From Holophagales bacterium (GTDB taxonomy: Bacteria; Acidobacteriota; Thermoanaerobaculia; Multivoradales; Multivoraceae), in the NCBI GenBank assembly GCA_009837085.1, contig VXUF01000111.1, positions 13,497-77,496 on the forward strand: DNA of 64,000 nucleotides, in the 5' to 3' direction. The position numbers and the translations under genes are program-made. Within the stretch, counting starts at the first letter, position 1. Each line of letters opens with the position of its first letter. The notes beneath the pieces were generated by a model. It saw nothing but the letters and a program-made list of their open reading frames with translations, searched no databases and had not been told where the DNA came from. Shown here one piece after another: positions 8,008 to 15,355 of the stretch.

Positions 8008-9781
8008 CGCGCTGGCTCTTGAGGTACATCGAGGCGATCACGTCCCGGTAGCGCTCGTTGACGATCTTCCTGCGCACCTTCAGCGTGGGCGTGATCTCGC
8101 CCTCCTCGAGCGTCAGTTCGCGTTCGAGCAGCCGGAAGCGGCGCACGCGCTCGTGGGCCGGCAGCCGCTCGTTCGCGCGGTCGAGCACGCCCTGAACGAG
8201 CTCCTGTAGACGCGGGTCCTGCCGGAGCTCCGAGGGGTCCATGCCGGTGAACGGCTCCGGCGGCTCCGCGTAGTTGGGCACGATCAGGGCGTTGAGGTAG
8301 GGGTAGCCGTCGCCGACCACGACCACCTGGGCGATCGCGGGGTGGGTGATCAGCATCTGTTCGATCGGCTGGGGCGCGACGTTCTTGCCGCCGCTCGTCA
8401 CGAGCAGGTCCTTCTTGCGGTCCGTGATGTAGAGGTAGCCGTCGTCGTCGAGGCGGCCGATGTCGCCGGTGTGGAACCAGCCGTCCGGGTCGATCGCCTC
8501 GGCGGTGTCCTCGGGCTTCTTCCAGTAGCCCTGCATCAGGCCCTCGGTGCGGGCCAGGATCTCGCCGTCCTCCGCGATGCGAAGCTCGACCCCGGGGGCG
8601 GCCGTGCCGACCGAGCCGCGGCGGGAGGCGCCCGGGTACTCCACGGCCAGAACCGGCGCCGTCTCGGTCAGTCCGTAGCCCTGATAGAGACGGATGCCGA
8701 TCGCGTCGAAGAACTCGGCGACCTCGTTGGCGATCGCCGCTCCGCCGGAGATGGCGAAGCGCAGGCGGCCGCCGAACCGCTGCTTGATCTTGCGGAACAC
8801 CAGGCGGTCGGCGATCAGGCCCTGGAGTGCCGCTCCGCCGCGCTCCGCCCGCCGCTTGCCGACCTTCAGGGCCCAGCCGATCAGCCGGCGGCGGGCCGGA
8901 GGCTGGCTCGCGAACAGGTTCTGGATCCGCAGGTAGGCGCTCTCGTAGAGCCTCGGAACGGAACACAGGACGGTGGGCCGCACGTCGGGCATCAGGCCGG
9001 CGACGCGCTCGATCGCGGGGGAGTAGTGGATCGACACCCCACGGTAGAAGAAGAGGTAGTCGACGGTGCGCTCGAAGACGTGGGAGAGCGGCAGGAAGGA
9101 GAGCGCCTGGTCCTCTTCTCCCAGAGGGTAGAGCTCCTGGCAGGCGAGGATGTTCGAGACGAAGTTGCGGTGCGACAGGACGACGCCCTTGGGGTCGCCG
9201 GTGGTGCCGGAGGTGTAGATGATGCTCGCCGTGTCGTCCGGGCCGACCCGCCCGCTGAACGCCGCGAGGTCGGCTTCCGTGGCCGGCGGCGCGCCGGCGA
9301 TCAGGGCGTCGAGATGGGTGCCGCCCTCGATGGCGGCGTCTTCGTCCAGTGCCACCATCCGCAGACCCCGCTGCTCGCTGCCGTCTCCGTCGTCCTCGCC
9401 GGCGCCGTGCGGAACGATGCCCGAGAGCAGGTCCCGTTTCGCCTTGTCGTCGTAGAAGATCCAGCCGGCGCCGCTGTCGAGCAGGATGTAGGCGACCTGG
9501 GGCGCGTTGAGCGTCGGATAGATCGGCACGGACACGGCGCCCACCAGGTGGCACGCGAAGTCGACGACGTGCCACTCCGGCCGGTTGGTCGCGAACAAGG
9601 CTACGCGGTCGCCCCTGGCCACGCCGCGCGACTCGAGCGCCTTCGCGGTCCGGCAGACGGCGTCGACGAACTCGCGGGCAGACAACGAATCGGTCCGGCG
9701 ATGGCGCCGGATGGACAGCAGGTCCTCGCGTTCGCCGTAGCGCTCGGCGACGACCCGGACCAGATCAGACAGGGTTTCCAA
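8000..9781 (-). CDS. fadD: Long-chain fatty acid-CoA ligase (AMP-dependent synthetase)
   Basis: YTSGTTGDPKGV AMP-binding motif, GYGLTET, GWFHTGDIG. Start set at TTG 9781 (LETLSDLVRVVAERYG...). The ATG at 9922 would translate through a REP-like repeat and overlap yggS by 47 nt. Confidence 0.85.
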   Translation of the reverse strand: METLSDLVRVVAERYGEREDLLSIRRHRRTDSLSAREFVDAVCRTAKALESRGVARGDRVALFATNRPEWHVVDFACHLVGAVSVPIYPTLNAPQVAYILLDSGAGWIFYDDKAKRDLLSGIVPHGAGEDDGDGSEQRGLRMVALDEDAAIEGGTHLDALIAGAPPATEADLAAFSGRVGPDDTASIIYTSGTTGDPKGVVLSHRNFVSNILACQELYPLGEEDQALSFLPLSHVFERTVDYLFFYRGVSIHYSPAIERVAGLMPDVRPTVLCSVPRLYESAYLRIQNLFASQPPARRRLIGWALKVGKRRAERGGAALQGLIADRLVFRKIKQRFGGRLRFAISGGAAIANEVAEFFDAIGIRLYQGYGLTETAPVLAVEYPGASRRGSVGTAAPGVELRIAEDGEILARTEGLMQGYWKKPEDTAEAIDPDGWFHTGDIGRLDDDGYLYITDRKKDLLVTSGGKNVAPQPIEQMLITHPAIAQVVVVGDGYPYLNALIVPNYAEPPEPFTGMDPSELRQDPRLQELVQGVLDRANERLPAHERVRRFRLLERELTLEEGEITPTLKVRRKIVNERYRDVIASMYLKSQRVS

Positions 9782-9797
9782 GGAGAGAACGGTAACA

Positions 9798-9866
9798 CTG
9801 CGCGGCGCGCACTGGGTGCGCCGGCGTCCCCGCCGGCATCCGACGCGAAGCGGCGGGCTCTGGAAG
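9798..9866. repeat. REP-like palindromic intergenic repeat, copy A
   Basis: CTGCGCGGC-n4-ACTGGGTGCGCCGGCGTCCCCGCCGGCATCCGACGCGAAGCGGCGGGCTCTGGAAG. Hairpin 1 is GCCGGCG/CGCCGGC (9820-9837); hairpin 2 is CCGACGC-GAA-GCGGCGG (9840-9856). About 90 percent identical to copy B by eye. Confidence 0.75.
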
Positions 9867-9875
9867 CGCGCCGCG

Positions 9876-10601
9876 CTATCGCGACGATCGGGGACCGAAC
9901 AACGCGGAACCGATTCGCACATGGGTGGCGCCCTCGAGGACCGCGGCCTCGAAGTCGCCGCTCATGCCCATCGACAGCCACCCTTCCCCGTCGCCGAACA
10001 GGCCGCCGCGAGCCAGCCGGTCGCGCAGGCGCCTGAGAGCGGCGAAGTCCGAGCGGGACTCGCTGGGGCGGGCGCGCTGCGGCGGAATCACCATCAGGCC
10101 GCGGACCCGCAGATGGTCGAGCGCTCCCATGTGCAGCATCGCTTCCGTGTCCTCGGGCAGGAACCCGTGCTTGCTGGGTTCGCGGCCGATGTTCACTTCC
10201 AGCAGACAGCCGCGGACGCCGAGCCCCCGGCTGCCGAGCAGGCGGTCCAGCCGCTGGGCGATCTTCGGCCGGTCAACCGCTTCGAACACGTCGAAGGCGT
10301 CACAGGCGCGGGACGCCTTGTTCGTCTGCAGCGGCCCGATCAGGTGCCAGGCGACCTGGTCGCCGTAGCCGGCTTCGAGCAGCGCCGCGCGGTGGGCCTC
10401 GCCCTCCTGGACCTGGTTCTCGCCGAGGATGCGGAGACCGGCGTCCAGCGCCCCGGCGATGCGTTCGAGCGGCTGGCGCTTGCAGGCGCCGACCAGGGCG
10501 ACCTCTTCCGGCTGCCTGCCCGCCTTCCGGCAGGCCTCCGCCAGCCGCCCCACTATCTCCGCGTAGCGTTCGGCTGCGGGCTTCCCCGGCGCCTCGTTCA
10601 G
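9876..10601 (-). CDS. yggS: Pyridoxal phosphate homeostasis protein (YggS/PROSC family)
   Basis: GRQPEEVALVGACKRQP (PLP-Lys region), ILGENQVQE, HLIGPLQTNK, LSMGMSGDFEAAV. The only start-like codons near the expected N-terminus are CTG at 10601 (CTGA overlap with the upstream stop) and GTG at 10553. Confidence 0.85.
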   Translation of the reverse strand: MNEAPGKPAAERYAEIVGRLAEACRKAGRQPEEVALVGACKRQPLERIAGALDAGLRILGENQVQEGEAHRAALLEAGYGDQVAWHLIGPLQTNKASRACDAFDVFEAVDRPKIAQRLDRLLGSRGLGVRGCLLEVNIGREPSKHGFLPEDTEAMLHMGALDHLRVRGLMVIPPQRARPSESRSDFAALRRLRDRLARGGLFGDGEGWLSMGMSGDFEAAVLEGATHVRIGSALFGPRSSR

Positions 10602-11338
10602 CCGCCCTCTCCGTCGTCCAGGTACAGAATCCGCTGGCAGGAATCGCAAGGCACGAGCGCGCCCTGGGTCTGAATCTGCACCACGACCTGGGGCCTGATC
10701 CGGTAGTTGCAGAACGAGCAGTGCCGGATGGGGGCGCCGGTGCTCTCCACGACGCCGATGGCCGCCAGGGGCGCGCCGCCGTGGCGGTCGAACAGGCGCT
10801 CGTACTGGAGCAGGGCGGCAGGCGGGAGGCGTTCGCGGAACACCTCGATCCGCCCCTCGAGCGCTTCGACCCGCTTTCGCATCTCGGGCTTCTGTTCTTC
10901 CCACACGGCGAGCTGCTCCTGGTACTGCTCGTTCAGGGTCTCGAACGCGCCACGGATTTCGTCGAGCTGCGTCGACGCCTCCTCCTGGCGTTCGATGGCC
11001 TGCAGCGCCTCGTCGTCCGCTTCCCGCATCCTGGCGCGCACGGTGTCGATCTCACTCAGAAGGGCGCCGTACTCGCGCTGCGTCGTCACGCGGGCGATCT
11101 GTTCCTGGTAGCGCTCGATGCTCTCCTTTCCCGTCGCCGCTTCCGCTTCCGCGGCGCGGCGCTCGAGTTCGGCCTGCTGCCACTCCTGCTCGAGCCGTTC
11201 GATCTCGCTCCGCTGGTGCTCGTACTGGTCGTGGAGTTCCTGCATCGATTCGGGAACCCCGTCCAGCAGGGCGCGGCTGTGGGCGAGTTCCACGCTCGCC
11301 TGCTGCAGATCTACGATCGTGTCGAGGACTCTTTCCAT
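10598..11338 (-). CDS. Coiled-coil protein with C-terminal C4 zinc ribbon (DUF164 / COG1579-like)
   Basis: Long Glu/Gln/Arg-rich coiled coil followed by HCSFCNYRI...VPCDSCQRILY (CxxC...CxxC). Confidence 0.75.
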   Translation of the reverse strand: MERVLDTIVDLQQASVELAHSRALLDGVPESMQELHDQYEHQRSEIERLEQEWQQAELERRAAEAEAATGKESIERYQEQIARVTTQREYGALLSEIDTVRARMREADDEALQAIERQEEASTQLDEIRGAFETLNEQYQEQLAVWEEQKPEMRKRVEALEGRIEVFRERLPPAALLQYERLFDRHGGAPLAAIGVVESTGAPIRHCSFCNYRIRPQVVVQIQTQGALVPCDSCQRILYLDDGEGG

Positions 11339-11396
11339 GCGCCGATTGTCAGAGGTTCCAGTGAGTTAGCGATCGCAGGCTCCGCAGTTCGCGGTG

Positions 11397-11469
11397 TGGG
11401 TCCACCTGGATTCGAACCAGGGACCTGCCGGTTATGAGCCGGATGCTCTAACCGCTGAGCTATGGACCC
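11397..11469 (-). tRNA. tRNA with CAT anticodon (elongator Met, or Ile2 if lysidine-modified); CCA not encoded
   Basis: Hand-folded cloverleaf: GGGTCCA-TA-GCTC-AGCGGTTA-GAGC-A-TCCGG-CTCATAA-CCGGC-AGGTC-CCTGG-TTCGAAT-CCAGG-TGGACCC-A. Positions 1-72 are paired and the anticodon stem lacks GGG/CCC, so it is not initiator-like. Confidence 0.9.
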
Positions 11470-11591
11470 TCAGGGCACCCGAGCGCAGTGCCGCAGTATA
11501 GCCCCACGAGCCGGCTCGATGGGCGCCCTCTCATGGCCTGCCTTGGGGTATAGTTCGCAGCACGCAACAAGCGGTCCAAGGAGGCGCCAGA

Positions 11592-12383
11592 ATGTCGAGA
11601 TCCACTCCAATCGGGCGGCCGGGCCGGGCGGGGTTTGCCGCCGGCGCTTCGGTCATCGTGCTGTTCGCCGCTCTGGTCGCGTGCGGTCCTTCGGAGGAGG
11701 AACGGGTAGCCGCGGCGCGAGCCGATGCGTGGGCCGAGCTGCAGGAGGATCAGGCGGCCCTGAACGCAAAGCGCGGTGAACTGGCGGGGCTTCGCGCGCG
11801 GATCGCCGCGCCGGGCGAGGAAGACGACGTCGAAGCCCTCACCGCGGAGGCGGAAGCCCTCGACAACGAGGTAGGCAACGACGGCGAGGCCTTTTCGACC
11901 AAGCTGGTCAACTACATCAACGAGGCGGAGTGGGAACTCGGCGGCGAGATGACCGAGGAGCAGCGCAACGCCTTCGCGATGAAGAGCGGCGAGGACATGT
12001 ACCTGGCCGAGGAGTACGTGGTCAAGGGCGGCGACTACCGACGAGCCGTGGAGATCCTGGAGCGGTCCCTCGGCGTCGACCCCGACAACGCCGACCTCCA
12101 GGCGCGGCTGGCTGACTACCAGGACGCGCGCTACATCACCGCCGAACGGTTGGCGCAGATCGAGCGGGGCATGACCGAGGCCGAGGTCGAGGCGCTCCTC
12201 GGCAAGGTCTTCCATCGCAACGTTCGAGAGTTCGACGCGGAGAACGTGTTCGCCTGGTTCTACCCGAAGAACCCCGAGGAGCATGGCGACGGCGCCGCCG
12301 CCGGCGTGTTCTTCCGCGAGGGCGACAGGAAGGTCTACCGCACGGACGCCAACGCGGTCGAGGGCCGGGACGAAGAGGAGTAG
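11592..12383 (+). CDS. Hypothetical lipoprotein with BamE/SmpA-like C-terminal region
   Basis: Signal peptide with lipobox LVAC (...VLFAALVACGPSEEE), a coiled-coil-like middle and GMTEAEVEALLGKVF near the C-terminus. AAGGAGG lies upstream of the ATG. Confidence 0.6.
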   Translation: MSRSTPIGRPGRAGFAAGASVIVLFAALVACGPSEEERVAAARADAWAELQEDQAALNAKRGELAGLRARIAAPGEEDDVEALTAEAEALDNEVGNDGEAFSTKLVNYINEAEWELGGEMTEEQRNAFAMKSGEDMYLAEEYVVKGGDYRRAVEILERSLGVDPDNADLQARLADYQDARYITAERLAQIERGMTEAEVEALLGKVFHRNVREFDAENVFAWFYPKNPEEHGDGAAAGVFFREGDRKVYRTDANAVEGRDEEE

Positions 12384-12397
12384 GCGGCCCGCGGCCC

Positions 12398-12426
12398 TTG
12401 ACGGGGCGGGCGGGCTCGTGCAGAAT
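12398..12426 (+). promoter_or_regulatory. Putative sigma70-type promoter of the rpsU operon
   Basis: TTGACG (12398-12403), 17-nt spacer, CAGAAT (12421-12426), about 90 nt upstream of the rpsU ATG. Confidence 0.4.
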
Positions 12427-12516
12427 GCGCAACGCTCGCAGGGCTGACGTGCGTCGGCGGTTGCGGGCTATCCAGGGCGCGAGCCCGCAGGTCGACCACG
12501 GGAACGAGATCACTTC

Positions 12517-12726
12517 ATGCCGGTTGTCCAGGTACGCGAGGACGAGAGCTTCGAGAACGCGCTTCGCCGCTTCAAGCGGAAGTGCGAGAAAGAAGGCATT
12601 CTGACCGAGCTCAAGAAACGCCAGCACTTCGAGAAGCCGTCGGTCAAGCGGAAGCGCAAGGTCATGCAGGCGCGCAAGAAGATGCTGCGGCGCCTGGCTG
12701 AAGAGCGCCGCGCCGGTCTCGCCTAG
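12517..12726 (+). CDS. rpsU: 30S ribosomal protein S21
   Basis: [48 protein letters not shown]..., a textbook S21 sequence. Confidence 0.95.
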   Translation: MPVVQVREDESFENALRRFKRKCEKEGILTELKKRQHFEKPSVKRKRKVMQARKKMLRRLAEERRAGLA

Positions 12727-12784
12727 GGAGTCCGCGCAGCGAAGTCGCTGCGTCGAGCTTGGCGATTCCCTGCCGAGCTGACAA

Positions 12785-15286
12785 ATGAGCTGCTGCAGCG
12801 GCGCCACGTCCGAGGCGCTCGAGTTTCCGTCGCTGCTCGCCGTTCTCGCGGGCTTCGCCTCGACGGACGCCGGCAGCCACACGGTTCGGGCGATCGAGCC
12901 GGCGACGGACCGCGGCGAGATCGATCGGCGCCGGGTTCGCTACGCGGAGATCGCCCGCGACGTCGAACAGGGCGGCGTCCTGGTGCCGTCGCTCGATGGG
13001 CTCCTGGATCTCCGCGCTCATCTCGACGGGGACGGTCGGGGCCTGGGCGGGCCGGCGCTGCTCGACCTGGCGGCGGCGATCGAGGTCAGCGAAGAGGTTC
13101 TGGAACGGCTCGAGAACTTCGAGGCCACGCCCCAGTGTGCCGCCGAGGTCGAGACGCTGCGACTGATGGAGGCCGGCGCGGCGGAAGCCGCCGCGCCGGG
13201 CCAGCAGGGGGCGGGCTGCGCCGGGCTGGCAAGCCGCCTTCGTCGCATGCTGGACCGTCGTGGCGAGGTGCGGGACGACGCGACGCCGCAGCTGCGGACG
13301 CTCGTCCGGGACGCCCGGCGCACCCAGGCTTCGGTCGAGGCTTCGCTTCAGGTCTATGTGCGGGAGCACGCCAACGCCCTGGCGGACGATTCCACCCCCA
13401 TGCGGGGCGGCCGGCTTTCGGTGCTTCTGCCCTCCGGCAGCCGCGGACGCCTCGCCGGTCTGGTCAGAGGCCGCTCCGCCTCGGGCAGGAGCTTCTACTT
13501 CGAACCGTCGGAGGTGGTCGAGGGCAACGACGAACTGGAGCGGATCGCCTCCGACCGGGACATCGAGCGCACCCGCATCCTGGCCGAGCTGGTGGCTCAG
13601 GTGCAGGTTCTTGTGCCGGCGATCGTCGCGCGCCTCGACTTCCTGGCTGCCGTCGACGCGACGCAGGCGGCGGTGCGCTTCGCGGGCGACGTCGACGCCG
13701 TGCTCGCCACGGTCGCATTGGACGATCCGGCCGGCAGGGCGCCGCTGCTCGAACTCCGGGGCGCTCGCCACCCGCTGCTCGACCCACGGCTCGCCGACCG
13801 CAGGGAGTCGGCGCTGGGGGCGGCTGGCAACCGGGGGGTCGTCGTGCCGCTCGACCTGAAGCTCGACGACCACCGTACGCTGGTCCTGACCGGTCCGAAC
13901 GCCGGCGGCAAGACGGTCGCCCTGAAGACGGTGGGGCTGCTGTGCCTGATGAACCAGGCAGGCCTGCCGGTTCCCGCCGCCCGGGAAAGCCGCCTGCCGA
14001 TCCTCGACCACGTCGTGGCGGTGGTTGGCGACGAGCAGAGCGTCCTGGACGAGCAGTCGACGTTCAGCGCCCGGCTGCTGCGCCTACGGGAAGTGTGGCG
14101 CCGGGCCGGGCCCTCGACCCTGGTCCTGCTCGACGAGGTCGGTGCCGGCACGAATCCGGAGGAGGGCGCCGCGCTCGGTATCGCCCTGCTCGAGGGGCTG
14201 GTCGAGCGCGGCTCGCTCGGCATTCTGACGACGCACCTCACCCAGCTCGCCGCCGCCGCGCTCGAGTCGCAGGCGGCCTCCTGCGCCGCGATGGGTTTCG
14301 ACCCGGAGAACGGGCTGCCCACCTACCGGCTGGTCGTCGGACCGCCGGGAGGCAGCCAGGCGCTGGCGCTGGCGCGCCGGCTCGGCCTTCCGCCGGCCTG
14401 GCTGGAGCGGGCCGAGCACTTTCTGGGTTCCGAGCACCAGAAGCTGCGCCGCGTGCTGGAACGCAACGAACGCCTCCGGGAACGGCTGCTGGAGCGGGAG
14501 GCGGAGCTCGCCCGGCTGACTGCCGAGACGGAGGCGGCCCGCGCCCGCTTCGAAACCCGGCAGGAGTCGTTGCGGGCGGCCAGAAAGCGGCTGGAACAGG
14601 CCCTCGGGCGCGAGGTCGACGCTCTGCGCCGGGCGAATCGCCGCCGGCTGGACGAGGCGCTGGCCGAGTTGTCGTCGCCCTCCCGGGGACCCGGCAAGCG
14701 GGCCTTCGCCCGGACGGCTGCATCCCTGCACGGCGAACTCGACCGGGACCTGTCGGCGGCGGCCGAGCGCGCTTCCCTCGCGGCCGGCGACGTCGACGCT
14801 CCGGGCCGGGAACCGGAGGAACCGGCGCAGCCGGATGAACAGCATCCCCTCACCCTCGGCGCCCGCGTCCGCCACCGCTCCCTGGGCTGGCTGGGTGAAC
14901 TGGTGGAGCTTCGCGGCGATCAGGCGACCGTGCTGGTCCGCGGCAAGCGGGTCCGGACGCCCAGCGCCGACCTTGCGGCGGTAGCCGGCGGAGAACGCCC
15001 GGCGCCGGGTCGGGTCCAGGTCCGGCGGTCGCAGGCCGACCCGGTGGAGGCGGAACTGCTGCTCATCGGCCAACAGGTCGAACCGGCCCTGGAGTCCCTC
15101 GACGCCTACCTGGACCGCGCCTTGGCGGCCGGCCACGAGCGGGTCCGGGTGGTCCACGGCCACGGCAGCGGCCGGCTGCGCCGAGCCGTTCGCGAGCATC
15201 TCCGGGACCATCCGGCCGTCGCCGGTTCCGATCCCGCACCCCCCTCCGCGGGCGGCGACGGCGCGACCGAAGTCGTCCTCCGTTAG
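12785..15286 (+). CDS. mutS2: Endonuclease MutS2 (MutS domain V ATPase plus C-terminal Smr domain)
   Basis: Walker A TGPNAGGKTV, LLDEVGAGTNPEEGAALG, and a C-terminal Smr domain (LLLIGQQVEPALESLDAYLDRA...VRVVHGHGSGRLR). Confidence 0.9.
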   Translation: MSCCSGATSEALEFPSLLAVLAGFASTDAGSHTVRAIEPATDRGEIDRRRVRYAEIARDVEQGGVLVPSLDGLLDLRAHLDGDGRGLGGPALLDLAAAIEVSEEVLERLENFEATPQCAAEVETLRLMEAGAAEAAAPGQQGAGCAGLASRLRRMLDRRGEVRDDATPQLRTLVRDARRTQASVEASLQVYVREHANALADDSTPMRGGRLSVLLPSGSRGRLAGLVRGRSASGRSFYFEPSEVVEGNDELERIASDRDIERTRILAELVAQVQVLVPAIVARLDFLAAVDATQAAVRFAGDVDAVLATVALDDPAGRAPLLELRGARHPLLDPRLADRRESALGAAGNRGVVVPLDLKLDDHRTLVLTGPNAGGKTVALKTVGLLCLMNQAGLPVPAARESRLPILDHVVAVVGDEQSVLDEQSTFSARLLRLREVWRRAGPSTLVLLDEVGAGTNPEEGAALGIALLEGLVERGSLGILTTHLTQLAAAALESQAASCAAMGFDPENGLPTYRLVVGPPGGSQALALARRLGLPPAWLERAEHFLGSEHQKLRRVLERNERLRERLLEREAELARLTAETEAARARFETRQESLRAARKRLEQALGREVDALRRANRRRLDEALAELSSPSRGPGKRAFARTAASLHGELDRDLSAAAERASLAAGDVDAPGREPEEPAQPDEQHPLTLGARVRHRSLGWLGELVELRGDQATVLVRGKRVRTPSADLAAVAGGERPAPGRVQVRRSQADPVEAELLLIGQQVEPALESLDAYLDRALAAGHERVRVVHGHGSGRLRRAVREHLRDHPAVAGSDPAPPSAGGDGATEVVLR

Positions 15287-15301
15287 CACCGCCACGCGCC
15301 A

Positions 15302-15338
15302 GTCTTGGGTCAGAAGGCGGACCCTTCTGACCCAAGAC
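15302..15338 (+). promoter_or_regulatory. Perfect 16-bp stem / 5-nt loop hairpin between mutS2 and dnaG (attenuator/processing-site candidate; no U-tract)
   Basis: GTCTTGGGTCAGAAGG-cggac-CCTTCTGACCCAAGAC, checked base by base. It starts 16 nt after the mutS2 TAG and ends 17 nt before the dnaG GTG. Confidence 0.6.
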
Positions 15339-15355
15339 GGTTAGCATGAGCGGTC

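Noticed and set aside
9782-9922. ATG at 9922 as the fadD start (ORF-track start)
   Set aside because: It would add about 47 non-homologous residues translated straight through REP-like repeat copy A and overlap yggS by 47 nt. TTG at 9781 gives a normal FadD N-terminus, although no clear SD precedes it.
7938-10036. 545-aa (minus, other frame) and 564-aa (plus) ORFs over the fadD locus
   Set aside because: Both are low-complexity Arg/Pro/Gly-rich translations. The fadD frame has the AMP-binding signature motifs.
11397-11469. Initiator identity for the CAT-anticodon tRNA
   Set aside because: Positions 1 and 72 are Watson-Crick paired, and the anticodon stem lacks the three consecutive G-C pairs typical of initiators. 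It is an elongator Met or Ile2, and I cannot distinguish these by eye.
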